Of a stretch of 64,000 bases of DNA, positions 8,950 to 17,442 are shown piece by piece. Made by a program: the position numbers and the translations under genes. The first letter of the stretch is position 1; each line of letters starts with the position of its first letter. Below the pieces are notes generated by a model. The model was not told the DNA's origin. It saw only the letters and a list, made by a program, of their open reading frames with translations, and made no database searches. This stretch comes from a phage, in sequence record PZ452579.1. One strand, 5' to 3'.

Positions 8950-8976
8950 AAAAAGCCCCAACCTTTCGGAAGGGGC
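8950..8976 (-). terminator. intrinsic terminator (minus strand), identical copy
   Basis: Same hairpin plus U-tract after the rI stop. Confidence 0.6.
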
Positions 8977-8983
8977 AGGTAAA

Positions 8984-9286
8984 TTAGATAGATGTAGGCT
9001 CTAATTTTATTTTCATGAACTCGGCAAATTGTCTGGCAGTTTTTATGCCTTGTTCATGACATTCAAATGCATCATCACAGGGGCTATTTTTGTAATGCTT
9101 TGCCATATACTTATAAAATTTTTCAGAATTCTCAACATTTTGAATTTCGAACAAAGTATATACGTTTTTAATCCCTGATTCCATAAAGTTGTCAAAGTAC
9201 GGGTCGACATATGCAGTGCCAACGATAGGAGTTGTTGCTGCAAAAAACCCCAGCATCGCCACAATGGCTATCGCTCTTAAGGCCAT
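8984..9286 (-). CDS. rI: lysis inhibition regulator rI-like membrane protein
   Basis: 100-aa ORF; N-terminal signal-anchor; resembles T4 RI as I recall it; sits beside tk as in T4. Confidence 0.65.
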   Translation of the reverse strand: MALRAIAIVAMLGFFAATTPIVGTAYVDPYFDNFMESGIKNVYTLFEIQNVENSEKFYKYMAKHYKNSPCDDAFECHEQGIKTARQFAEFMKIKLEPTSI

Positions 9287-9298
9287 ATAGGCCTCCTG

Positions 9299-9511
9299 TT
9301 AATTTTGGCCAGTATTTATTTTTCGCCTTTGGACGGCCTTAACATCTGCGAGGTATTTTTCCAGCTTACGCTTACGAGTATAATCTGCTTTAGAACCAGT
9401 TTGACGGATATCCTCATTTAAATGAGAAATAGAATGTCCTAATTCTCTTCGGATTTCATCCAATTGGGTTACAGTAAGATTACGAAGTTGTCTTTCGTTT
9501 AATTGCTGCAT
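9299..9511 (-). CDS. hypothetical protein (position of T4 rI.1)
   Basis: 70-aa ORF between rI and tk. Confidence 0.4.
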   Translation of the reverse strand: MQQLNERQLRNLTVTQLDEIRRELGHSISHLNEDIRQTGSKADYTRKRKLEKYLADVKAVQRRKINTGQN

Positions 9512-9538
9512 ATATACCTCTTGGTTAGATATTAGTAT

Positions 9539-10120
9539 TTATAACAACCCTGTCAAATCATTCCAATGCTTCCGGCATAATGACACATATTTATCGGTAT
9601 CACCAATTTCAATTTGTCCGCCATCTATAATTGGAAGTCCATCTTCCGTGACTCTAGCTACCATTGTGGCTTTTTTACCGCAATGACAGACACCTTTAAG
9701 TTCAACAAGCTTATCGGCGATAGCCATTAATGCTTGAGAACCTTCAAATAGATTACCTTTAAAATCTGTTCGTAGCCCATATGCCATTACCGGCACATTG
9801 TATACGTCAACAATGCGACTAAGTTGATACACCTTTTCAGTAGTTAAGAACTGAGCTTCGTCAACAAATACACAGTGAATATCCTTTTGTGCTGCGGCCC
9901 ATTTATAGAATTCAAAGATATCCATGTCTTTTGTAATTATATTGGCATCCTGACGAATACCAATACGAGAGACTATTTCACCTTTTGAATCACGAGTATC
10001 AATAGCCGGTTTAAGAACTAATACACCCATGCCACGTTCTTTATAGTTATGTGCGGCGGTAAGTAATGAAGCAGACTTACCAGCGTTCATAGCGGCATAG
10101 GTAAAAATTAAACTAGCCAT
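9539..10120 (-). CDS. tk: thymidine kinase
   Basis: 193-aa ORF; P-loop AAMNAGKSASLL, Zn-ribbon Cys pairs (CHCG...CRKH); matches T4 Tk length. Confidence 0.9.
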   Translation of the reverse strand: MASLIFTYAAMNAGKSASLLTAAHNYKERGMGVLVLKPAIDTRDSKGEIVSRIGIRQDANIITKDMDIFEFYKWAAAQKDIHCVFVDEAQFLTTEKVYQLSRIVDVYNVPVMAYGLRTDFKGNLFEGSQALMAIADKLVELKGVCHCGKKATMVARVTEDGLPIIDGGQIEIGDTDKYVSLCRKHWNDLTGLL

Positions 10121-10129
10121 AAGAGCCCC

Positions 10130-10312
10130 TTATAGTGAATTCACATAGTCAATGAGTTCTTGTTCTTTCCTGTCAAATGATTCCATCAATGCTTGATATT
10201 CTTCATCTGTTAAAGGAGCATATTCATCGTACGCATTGGTGGCTGTTTGCTCATCCAATAGGTCATGGATAAGTTCGAACAGTTTAGTTTTCTCTTCTTT
10301 AGTCAATTTCAT
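10130..10312 (-). CDS. hypothetical protein
   Basis: 60-aa acidic ORF. Confidence 0.4.
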   Translation of the reverse strand: MKLTKEEKTKLFELIHDLLDEQTATNAYDEYAPLTDEEYQALMESFDRKEQELIDYVNSL

Positions 10313-10530
10313 TTAGGTTCACCTTCTTTAACGAAATCTGGGTAAGGGTAAAATCCTGAGTAAAACCCTTCACCTTTATGATTGCTACAACCTTTGTTCG
10401 AACAGTAACACCAATAATCAAAATCACAAGCCATTTCGTCATTGCATAAAGCAAAAACTACAGGCCATTCGCATTTTTCGCATTTAGCACCTGTAAGAAT
10501 TTTTGTTTGGCTCATAACAATGGTTCCCAA
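10309..10530 (-). CDS. Cys-rich hypothetical protein (putative metal-binding)
   Basis: 73-aa ORF with about 9 Cys (CEKCEW...C...C..C.C...C). Confidence 0.45.
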   Translation of the reverse strand: MGTIVMSQTKILTGAKCEKCEWPVVFALCNDEMACDFDYWCYCSNKGCSNHKGEGFYSGFYPYPDFVKEGEPK

Positions 10531-11009
10531 TCAACAATCACAATTTCTAGTTTAGTGGAATATGTATCTAAAATCTCTTCGATGACATCCCAATTTCCAC
10601 CACCGATACCTGCACCAATTCTTGGCATATAAATTACAGGCTTTGTTATCTTATTCTTTCCGAATTCATTTAATTCTATTATACAATTCATTAAAGCAGA
10701 GTACTCAAAATTAGGTCCCGGCTCAAACTGTGTATAAAGATTAAAGCAATAAGCTTTATGGGTCTTAAAATATTTTTCATAAACCGAATAAGTCCCGAGT
10801 TTAGACTCGTCTCCGAATTCGGTTTGAAGTTTATCGGCTTCCAGAATTTTTGGATAAGCCTTTGCTAATTGTCCTGCCACACCGGCGCCCATTGTATGAA
10901 AACAATTACACCCATGAGCAATATTATTACCTTTAGAAAACAGGGCGACAATATCGCCCTTGATATAGTTTTTAATCACTTGCTGCAAGTCCTCTAGTAT
11001 AAGAGTCAA
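10512..11009 (-). CDS. macro-domain-like protein (putative ADP-ribose binding/processing)
   Basis: 165-aa ORF; Gly-rich motifs NIAHGCNCFHTMGAGVAGQLA and PRIGAGIGGGNWDVI reminiscent of macro domains. Confidence 0.45.
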   Translation of the reverse strand: MTLILEDLQQVIKNYIKGDIVALFSKGNNIAHGCNCFHTMGAGVAGQLAKAYPKILEADKLQTEFGDESKLGTYSVYEKYFKTHKAYCFNLYTQFEPGPNFEYSALMNCIIELNEFGKNKITKPVIYMPRIGAGIGGGNWDVIEEILDTYSTKLEIVIVDWEPLL

Positions 11010-11319
11010 CTAGACGGTCCACCATAGAATTGCATGCTGCCTTATCTTTAGGTTCCGCCACCGAGCATTCTAATATTTGCCATTTTTTATAGTATCTTTT
11101 AATTAAGGTAGACGCCTTGAACCTACTAGACGCCCCATCTTTTTCTCCGTCTTTATATGCGTATAACAATTTTTGTGAAAAATCTACTTTACACTCTTGA
11201 CTTTTACCACAATAATCAGACGCCGTTCTGTTTGTATACTCCGTTACATCAGTATATGTAGTATTAGCAAGAGCGTTAAATGAAACCAAGCCAACTATTA
11301 AAGCCAACATTTTGGTCAT
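10972..11319 (-). CDS. hypothetical protein with N-terminal signal-peptide-like segment
   Basis: 115-aa ORF; hydrophobic N-terminus MTKMLALIVGLVSFNALA; 4 Cys. Confidence 0.45.
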   Translation of the reverse strand: MTKMLALIVGLVSFNALANTTYTDVTEYTNRTASDYCGKSQECKVDFSQKLLYAYKDGEKDGASSRFKASTLIKRYYKKWQILECSVAEPKDKAACNSMVDRLVDSYTRGLAASD

Positions 11320-11858
11320 TCTTTTATTTCCAGTAGTTTATTTGATTTAAGGTAATTAGCCTTTTCTAGGACTTCAGAAGCATATTTACTTCCAGCACTT
11401 GTCTTCCATCCCGCATTATATGAGGATATAGCTTTTCTTATATCCCCATTATGTATATTTAACCAATAAGAAAATTCGATATAAGCCCATCTGGCTGAAT
11501 TAGACCGCTTAGATAGCATTTTCTTAATTTGGGCATCAGTCATATTATAACCAAGCTGGTTAATTCTTTCCCTCATTGTTGGTAGATAGTTTTGGAACAT
11601 TCCATACGCATGGTGACCTTTCTTATCTTTAAGATTAATACCGGCAGATGATTCCTGCCATAGTATTGCGGCCATTATGTATCCAAGTCCTTTCTTATGC
11701 ATATTTTCATGCGTTTTAAATTTTCCATCCTTAGAAAACTGTTCCCCAAACTGATAAGCATAATTCAAGTTATCGAGTTGGACATTACTAAAAGTATGCT
11801 CGGAGCCATGTGCTGATAACGAAAGAGCAAATAGACCAGCGAGTAGTGCTTTTCTCAT
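11316..11858 (-). CDS. secreted lytic-transglycosylase-like (SLT-like) protein
   Basis: 180-aa ORF; Sec-type signal peptide MRKALLAGLFALSLSAHG; SLT-like motifs LWQESSAG and YGMFQ. Confidence 0.5.
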   Translation of the reverse strand: MRKALLAGLFALSLSAHGSEHTFSNVQLDNLNYAYQFGEQFSKDGKFKTHENMHKKGLGYIMAAILWQESSAGINLKDKKGHHAYGMFQNYLPTMRERINQLGYNMTDAQIKKMLSKRSNSARWAYIEFSYWLNIHNGDIRKAISSYNAGWKTSAGSKYASEVLEKANYLKSNKLLEIKE

Positions 11859-11866
11859 GTTTACCT

Positions 11867-12325
11867 CTAGATTTTAATCACTGCTTTAGAAGCTTTTCCT
11901 GGTAGTCGTTTACTGTTAATAATAGCCATTCTGCATTGAAGAGTCTTCATTTTGAATGCTGGATTTTCGCGACAAACTGTAAGTCCTAACCAAAGATTTC
12001 CATCAGTTATTTCTAAACGGCCTGGGCGATATTCGACACCTTCGACAAAATCTTCATCAACATCTGGACGTGCCGGCATTGATAAAAATTCTGCAACTTC
12101 TTTAACATGATTTTTTACTTTACGAAATAATTCAAAAACGTAATTCTCATCTATTTCTCTCTGGATGGCACGATCTAAGAGATGTTGAGAATACTTGATA
12201 TGAAAGCCTGGTAGTCCAAGAGACTTTGCAGCATCTTTTATACAGGCATTGATTTGACGAAACTCCGTTTCAAAGATTCGACGGAGTTTATTGCGACGGA
12301 TAAAAACTTCCGAATTGATAGTCAT
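11867..12325 (-). CDS. regB: RegB-like endoribonuclease
   Basis: 152-aa ORF; length and position match T4 regB; N-terminus resembles my recollection of T4 RegB. Confidence 0.6.
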   Translation of the reverse strand: MTINSEVFIRRNKLRRIFETEFRQINACIKDAAKSLGLPGFHIKYSQHLLDRAIQREIDENYVFELFRKVKNHVKEVAEFLSMPARPDVDEDFVEGVEYRPGRLEITDGNLWLGLTVCRENPAFKMKTLQCRMAIINSKRLPGKASKAVIKI

Positions 12326-12341
12326 TTTTATTTCTCCTCTA

Positions 12342-12382
12342 GTTGACAGGTCTATAATAACACAACTACTGGAGAAGTAAAC
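12342..12382 (-). promoter_or_regulatory. early-type promoter element upstream of regB
   Basis: GTTTAC-N17-TATTAT then AGACCTGTCAAC and RBS. Confidence 0.5.
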
Positions 12383-12386
12383 TACT

Positions 12387-12602
12387 TTATTGATAAAATG
12401 GAGTTAAAGCCCAAGATTCTTTAGATACCATATCGGCGAAATGCCTCATCTCTTCGATTTGGCGACGACGCTGGTCAGCATAGTCTTCTTCGCCTTCTTC
12501 CTTACAGTCTTCAAGGTCTTCTTCAAGATACTTTAAGTATTCACTACAAATTTTGTTGACCTTTTCTTGAAAGTCCAATAACCCAGTAATAGTAGAAGCC
12601 AT
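12387..12602 (-). CDS. hypothetical acidic protein
   Basis: 71-aa ORF. Confidence 0.4.
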   Translation of the reverse strand: MASTITGLLDFQEKVNKICSEYLKYLEEDLEDCKEEGEEDYADQRRRQIEEMRHFADMVSKESWALTPFYQ

Positions 12603-12868
12603 TAGTATTTTTCCTCAGGTCGAAATACTGCACGACACGCCCACATGCTGGCTTCTTTTAGATGTTGCTTAGCATACTTAAGAGCCTGCACTGCATCCAT
12701 ATCTTCTTTGGTTTGTTGCTCTGTTTCATTTTCTTTCAAGATATATGCTTCTTCAATCAGAGCATCAAACATCAATCCAAGACGGACTTCTGCATCTTTA
12801 ATAGCGTTCACTTTACCGATTTTATCGTCGGTATGTGGCTTGTAGCCTTTAATATCTTCAATCGACAT
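12602..12868 (-). CDS. hypothetical protein (start revised to internal ATG with RBS)
   Basis: Track ORF 12602..13036 overlaps 12858..13082; internal ATG at 12866-12868 preceded by GAGGAAA gives an 88-aa product. Confidence 0.4.
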   Translation of the reverse strand: MSIEDIKGYKPHTDDKIGKVNAIKDAEVRLGLMFDALIEEAYILKENETEQQTKEDMDAVQALKYAKQHLKEASMWACRAVFRPEEKY

Positions 12869-13082
12869 AAGGAATTTCCTCATCTGTGGCAAGGTCATAT
12901 TCGACCAATTGGATAGGCTCATTAATACCATATCCACGTACAGTGATATCAGTTGTCGGATAGTTTCCAGTAATATCACCCGTTCTAAATGCTTCAATGA
13001 ATGATTGCTCGCCTGAGCAACTAAACCAGGCGGCAAAACATTTTAAAACATCTTCAGACCCTTCTATAATCAATTTAGACAT
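12858..13082 (-). CDS. hypothetical protein
   Basis: 74-aa ORF; start overlaps stop of the GrcA-like gene. Confidence 0.4.
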   Translation of the reverse strand: MSKLIIEGSEDVLKCFAAWFSCSGEQSFIEAFRTGDITGNYPTTDITVRGYGINEPIQLVEYDLATDEEIPYVD

Positions 13083-13444
13083 TATAGACTCTCAGTAAAG
13101 GTACGAGCGATAACGTCGCGCTGCTGTTCTGGAGTCAGAGAGTTAAAGCGAACTGCATAACCGGATACACGGATGGTCAGCTGCGGATATTTTTCCGGAT
13201 GCTTAACTGCATCTTCCAGAGTTTCACGACGCAGAACGTTAACGTTCAGATGTTGACCACCTTCAATTTTAACTTTAGGTTGATGTTCAATTTCAATTTC
13301 ACGGGCATTCAAACCGTAGAAAATTTCCGGGTCTACAATAGCGTCTTCTTTAAAAGTCTTAGAGACAATAATCCGGGCTTGAGTGCCGTCTTCAAAATAA
13401 ATAGTGCCTTTATGTGCACCTTCAAGAATTTGATATGCTTTCAT
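13082..13444 (-). CDS. autonomous glycyl-radical cofactor (GrcA/YfiD-like) protein
   Basis: 120-aa ORF; C-terminus ...[60 protein letters not shown] carries the glycyl-radical RVSGYAV motif. Confidence 0.85.
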   Translation of the reverse strand: MKAYQILEGAHKGTIYFEDGTQARIIVSKTFKEDAIVDPEIFYGLNAREIEIEHQPKVKIEGGQHLNVNVLRRETLEDAVKHPEKYPQLTIRVSGYAVRFNSLTPEQQRDVIARTFTESL

Positions 13445-13450
13445 ATAACC

Positions 13451-13648
13451 TCAATTAGAAAATAAATTTATCCAAGTTTTTTCTTTAATCAAAAATGGGT
13501 CGGAATTAAACGCCATTAAACTTTGAGTGATTAATCCCTTAAATGGCCCATCAATAAATTCCATTTTGAAATGCGGAATACTAGTCATCAACCGTGCATT
13601 AGGAGCAGTACAAAGAACTTGCTGCCCTGCGAACGGACCTTTAGTCAA
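13451..13648 (-). CDS. hypothetical protein
   Basis: 65-aa ORF. Confidence 0.35.
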   Translation of the reverse strand: MTKGPFAGQQVLCTAPNARLMTSIPHFKMEFIDGPFKGLITQSLMAFNSDPFLIKEKTWINLFSN

Positions 13649-13755
13649 ACGATATCGTTTAGGTTTAAAATGGTAAATCTCATAATTTTCTACAAGGGCC
13701 CTTTTATTGCATACTGGGCTGTTATATCAATACTCAAAAACTTCAATAGTGGTCA

Positions 13756-14295
13756 TCATTGCATTCCAATCACAAAAAATTGAGGACGAGCATTACCGCC
13801 GATGCAATATTTGCTTTTGCAGCAGTGCTGTAATGTTTTAATGTGGACGTTGTAAATCTTATCCATATCAGGAGCTTTAATAGGCTCGTCAATTATATAC
13901 AGAATACGAGAAAGCGTTAATCCACGGAATTTAGAACCTTCATTGCCAATAAAACTACGAACAGAATCAGTAAATAAACGGAATCGAATATCATCGCTAG
14001 AATAACGAGAAAATTCTTTTTCAATGTTGCCAGCAGAAATTTTAGCATAAGCTGAAGTATTAGAAAGAACAATAACTGTTCCGCCATCATACAACCAATT
14101 AGCAGCAAAGTTAGTCACAGCAATTGATTTACCGGATTGACGTCCACCGTCTAAACGAAGTGTACAGTACTGTTTGAGTACGTCTTCAAACGGTGGGATA
14201 TAACCATTCTTACAAATTTCTTCTACTCTAGCATCAGAATGGTGTGTAAAAGCATTCATCAGGGATAGATAAGGACCAGTTAAAAATGTTCTCAT
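13756..14295 (-). CDS. hypothetical protein with Walker-A-like motif
   Basis: 179-aa ORF; DGGRQSGKS motif; weak promoter-like GTTTAC upstream. Confidence 0.5.
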   Translation of the reverse strand: MRTFLTGPYLSLMNAFTHHSDARVEEICKNGYIPPFEDVLKQYCTLRLDGGRQSGKSIAVTNFAANWLYDGGTVIVLSNTSAYAKISAGNIEKEFSRYSSDDIRFRLFTDSVRSFIGNEGSKFRGLTLSRILYIIDEPIKAPDMDKIYNVHIKTLQHCCKSKYCIGGNARPQFFVIGMQ

Positions 14296-14356
14296 TTAGT
14301 TTCTCTTTTAGGTTGGGGCCATTCCGTGGCACATGTTAGGTCCTTCGACTCGCTAT

Positions 14357-14394
14357 GTAAACCCATTACCGCATTGCGCTCGACCTTATTACAG
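14357..14394 (-). promoter_or_regulatory. weak early-type promoter candidate
   Basis: GTTTAC with poor -10 (TAACAT) upstream of 13756..14295. Confidence 0.3.
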
Positions 14395-14468
14395 GTTGGA
14401 AAAGGTACATCACTCAGAGGACTCGACGTTCATGAGGAGAGGTTGCGTTTCCCTTTATTAGGCAAGAA

Positions 14469-14798
14469 TTATACTCTAGGCTTTTGAGCTTGTTTGGTAT
14501 TGGATTCCCATGCGGCTTTGGTAATTTTGTTAGCGGCATAACCAAAGGCATTAGATAGAACACCTTTAGAGTTGAATACATCCAATCCAATAAGTACACC
14601 GGCTGTGTTAAATTTAGGAGCAAAGTACGCATTAGTTTTAGAAAGAGCTTTTTTCAATTCAGGGTCTTGAACCAAGCCATCAAAAACGCCTTTACTATTT
14701 ACTTTATATGTTACTTTGGGATTTTTACCTTCTTCGATAGCAGCTTTCTGTTCCGCAGATAATGTAACTTCAGTGATAAACTCTTGATACGTTTTCAT
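14469..14798 (-). CDS. internal-protein-like capsid-targeted protein
   Basis: 109-aa ORF beginning MKTYQEFITE (capsid-targeting sequence, predicted prohead-protease cut after Glu10). Confidence 0.75.
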   Translation of the reverse strand: MKTYQEFITEVTLSAEQKAAIEEGKNPKVTYKVNSKGVFDGLVQDPELKKALSKTNAYFAPKFNTAGVLIGLDVFNSKGVLSNAFGYAANKITKAAWESNTKQAQKPRV

Positions 14799-14823
14799 TT
14801 TGTTCCTATTGTTTTAATTTATG

Positions 14824-15138
14824 TTATTCTTTAGGGAAGTTTTTAGAGTATGCGTCATAAAGTTTATTACCGATGCGACGGAAGACTTTAGCTGCAAAAC
14901 GGTTTTCAGGGTTTTTAATCATGATTTGCATCATGTAAGTTCCTGCATCCGAAAGAGCTTCTTCGTAGTACCCATTAATTTCTTTAAGAGTCCTACGTTT
15001 ACCACCAGGACCATCAACAGTAATTTTCCATTTACCTGTAGAAGTGCGGCTCGGTGGCTCAACTTGTTCAATCCAAATATAACCACCTTCAACGCGTTGG
15101 TTGGCGGATTCTGCAATAAATTCTTTATATGTTTTCAT
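14824..15138 (-). CDS. internal-protein-like capsid-targeted protein
   Basis: 104-aa ORF beginning MKTYKEFIAE; promoter element upstream (15156-15199). Confidence 0.75.
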   Translation of the reverse strand: MKTYKEFIAESANQRVEGGYIWIEQVEPPSRTSTGKWKITVDGPGGKRRTLKEINGYYEEALSDAGTYMMQIMIKNPENRFAAKVFRRIGNKLYDAYSKNFPKE

Positions 15139-15155
15139 TTTTTGTTTCCTTGTTT

Positions 15156-15199
15156 GTTTTGATAGAGTAATTATACCATATTAATACTTAAGCGTAAAC
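15156..15199 (-). promoter_or_regulatory. early-type promoter element upstream of an ip-like gene
   Basis: GTTTAC-N17-GTATAAT then TACTCTATCAA. Confidence 0.5.
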
Positions 15200-15202
15200 A
15201 AT

Positions 15203-15463
15203 TTAAGCTTTACCGCCAGAAATAATTCCGAAGTTGTTAAAATCGTATCCAATATCGTCAACATCTACTTTAGGACTTACTACAACATAAGCAATTTCAC
15301 TACGTTTTGCATAGGTGTTGATTTCTTTACCATCGCCACCTAAGAAAGAATACCCATTACGTTTTAATGAGCCAAAGTCTTCCGCATCACCAATGAAAGC
15401 TTTAACTTTAAATTTGGGGTCTTTGGCATCTGCTTCAGCTATAAATTCTTGATACATTTTCAT
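15203..15463 (-). CDS. internal-protein-like capsid-targeted protein
   Basis: 86-aa ORF beginning MKMYQEFIAE. Confidence 0.7.
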   Translation of the reverse strand: MKMYQEFIAEADAKDPKFKVKAFIGDAEDFGSLKRNGYSFLGGDGKEINTYAKRSEIAYVVVSPKVDVDDIGYDFNNFGIISGGKA

Positions 15464-15469
15464 TTTTCC

Positions 15470-15883
15470 TTAGTAAATTGATTTACCATAGTATTTGTAC
15501 CAAGTCGGACGTTGAGCAATTTTTTCATCTAAGCGTGCTTGACTTATCGCAATGGACGCTTCGGACGGGACGTAATTATTACGAAATTCTACAGGGATGT
15601 CGGAAATATCCTGGACAGTCGTGTCCTTGATTTTGAAACCACGTTTCAAACATTCGGCGATTAGCTCGATTTGTCGTAAACGTAAAAATTCAAGTTTGTC
15701 GTAAAAGAATGTTACGTGACCTGTGCCTAAGATAAATGTTGGAGAGATTTTAAAATCCTTTACACGTTTACCGTTTTGAACATGTTTACGGACTGCACCA
15801 AATACGCGTGGTAATTCACGATACTCAGCCATAAGATGTTGGTCGGTCAGTTCAGAAACAAGTGTTAAATTGATACGGGTCAT
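15470..15883 (-). CDS. denV: endonuclease V (pyrimidine-dimer DNA glycosylase)
   Basis: [31 protein letters not shown]... closely matches T4 DenV; ATG at 15883 with GGAGG RBS (track ORF begins at upstream TTG). Confidence 0.9.
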   Translation of the reverse strand: MTRINLTLVSELTDQHLMAEYRELPRVFGAVRKHVQNGKRVKDFKISPTFILGTGHVTFFYDKLEFLRLRQIELIAECLKRGFKIKDTTVQDISDIPVEFRNNYVPSEASIAISQARLDEKIAQRPTWYKYYGKSIY

Positions 15884-15910
15884 AATTTCCTCCAAGTAGT
15901 TGATGAATGT

Positions 15911-15940
15911 ATAGTATCAAAACCCTTGGAGGAAGTAAAC
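15911..15940 (-). promoter_or_regulatory. early-type promoter element upstream of denV
   Basis: GTTTAC-N18-TACTAT; GGAGG RBS then denV ATG. Confidence 0.5.
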
Positions 15941-15941
15941 A

Positions 15942-16238
15942 CTATTTTTCTGAAGCGCCTGAAATATATTTTTCAAGTCGTTGCTTCATTAGCGAGCCGT
16001 TCTTAGCGATTTCTTCCGGTTTATCGCACATACGTAACAAGGCTTCAAGCTTAGCGATATCGCTGGTACGTTCAAATTTGCGAGTATCTATCTTACTAGC
16101 AAGTTCAGAAATACGTGCTAATAGACTTTCGGCTTCAACCAAAGCTGCACCTAGCTTAGTTGCAAATGTGTCAGTAGCTTCGTTAAGAATAGATTCTGAT
16201 AAAAATTCACTATATGTTTTCATATATACGCTTTCCAA
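15942..16238 (-). CDS. internal-protein-like capsid-targeted protein (ipII/ipIII position)
   Basis: 98-aa ORF beginning [10 protein letters not shown]; immediately downstream of gene e. Confidence 0.7.
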   Translation of the reverse strand: MESVYMKTYSEFLSESILNEATDTFATKLGAALVEAESLLARISELASKIDTRKFERTSDIAKLEALLRMCDKPEEIAKNGSLMKQRLEKYISGASEK

Positions 16239-16708
16239 GTTCCTGTTTTAAATGTTGAGATTACGCGTTTCGCGCGATTAGGTGTCTGACGATACCATTT
16301 AGATTGGGCTAGATTTACTGCCGCCTCGTCCCAACGTTTCTGTTGAAGCATACGAAGAGAATTAGTAAAACCGGCGACGCCTGCTACACCCATTTGGAAG
16401 ACCATATTGACCAATGCACATCGACGAACCGCATCTAAAGAATCATATACCGGTTTAAGTTTAGCATTACCCAAGATTCCGCGAACGGCTTTATCAACGT
16501 CTTCATTAAATAGCTTTTCAGCCTCATCAAGGGTAATTGTACCGTTGCATTTACGTCCGATCATTCTGTCAAGTTCAGCTTTAGCTACGGCTAAAGACGG
16601 GTTCTTTGTTACTAAATGGCCTATGCCAATCGTCCAAAAGCCTTCAGTGTCTTTGTATAAAGTCAGTCTAAGACCTTCGTCATTACGAAGCATTTCAAAT
16701 ATATTCAT
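16220..16708 (-). CDS. e: endolysin (T4 lysozyme, gene e)
   Basis: [32 protein letters not shown]... closely matches T4 lysozyme; start taken at MNIFEM. Confidence 0.95.
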   Translation of the reverse strand: MNIFEMLRNDEGLRLTLYKDTEGFWTIGIGHLVTKNPSLAVAKAELDRMIGRKCNGTITLDEAEKLFNEDVDKAVRGILGNAKLKPVYDSLDAVRRCALVNMVFQMGVAGVAGFTNSLRMLQQKRWDEAAVNLAQSKWYRQTPNRAKRVISTFKTGTWKAYI

Positions 16709-16742
16709 AATACCTCCCACGTTTATAGGAGGTATTTATTAC

Positions 16743-17201
16743 TTATAGGAGGGTAGTGAGCACCTTATATAATGATTTGCCCATTACATATTCCCATTGA
16801 GAAGGTTTAATTAAAGCGAATGCATCAAATTCAGGAATCTGTCGTCCGTCTGGGAATGTATGATAGGAATTACAAACACTGTTTCTGAATTGCTCGTGCT
16901 CTACAGGGATGGTATATTGGAACAGATGAATATTCTTATTGTCTGAGTAATGATGTTCACCTAGGTCTTTCAGGAAGGCAGGGTCATATTGTGTAAACCC
17001 AGTTTCTTCTTCGCATTCACGAATAGCGGCTTCAATAGGAGATTCGCCAGGTTCGACACGGCCTTTAGGAATATCCCACCGATGAGCTAATGCACCTTTA
17101 GGACGAGAACCAGTTACACGCCCCATGAATAATTCTTTATCTTCGGTAAGGAAAATAATACCGGCTGATAGTTCTTTCACTTTATTTTTCTTACTCATCA
17201 T
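16743..17201 (-). CDS. nudE: Nudix hydrolase
   Basis: 152-aa ORF; Nudix box GRVEPGESPIEAAIRECEEETGF; adjacent to e as T4 e.1. Confidence 0.85.
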   Translation of the reverse strand: MMSKKNKVKELSAGIIFLTEDKELFMGRVTGSRPKGALAHRWDIPKGRVEPGESPIEAAIRECEEETGFTQYDPAFLKDLGEHHYSDNKNIHLFQYTIPVEHEQFRNSVCNSYHTFPDGRQIPEFDAFALIKPSQWEYVMGKSLYKVLTTLL

Positions 17202-17442
17202 CTCGGTCCCATGATTTGGCCATTAATTCGGACATAAATTCTTCAATACGCGTTTCTTTAGATGGACTTTCACTATTAGAGACCGCAAGTTTGTAATCTG
17301 CAATAGGACAGAACATATCAAGGTCCATATTAAGGTCGTCTTTGATTTTTTCTTCTGACACATCTTTATCGTATGTGTACAGATAACTATCACATGATTC
17401 TGATTTAATGTAAATTGCTATACTCATCTCAAATTCCTGCAT
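17191..17442 (-). CDS. hypothetical acidic protein
   Basis: 83-aa ORF. Confidence 0.4.
   Translation of the reverse strand: MQEFEMSIAIYIKSESCDSYLYTYDKDVSEEKIKDDLNMDLDMFCPIADYKLAVSNSESPSKETRIEEFMSELMAKSWDRDDE

Noticed and set aside
8917-8950. Possible promoter for the 8359..8916 gene inside the terminator-flanking spacer
   Set aside because: A TATAAAT-like -10 is present but no convincing -35, so it is left uncalled.
12602-13036. Long 144-aa form of the ORF as given in the track
   Set aside because: It overlaps 12858..13082 by about 180 nt; the internal ATG at 12868 with a GAGGAAA RBS gives a non-overlapping 88-aa gene.
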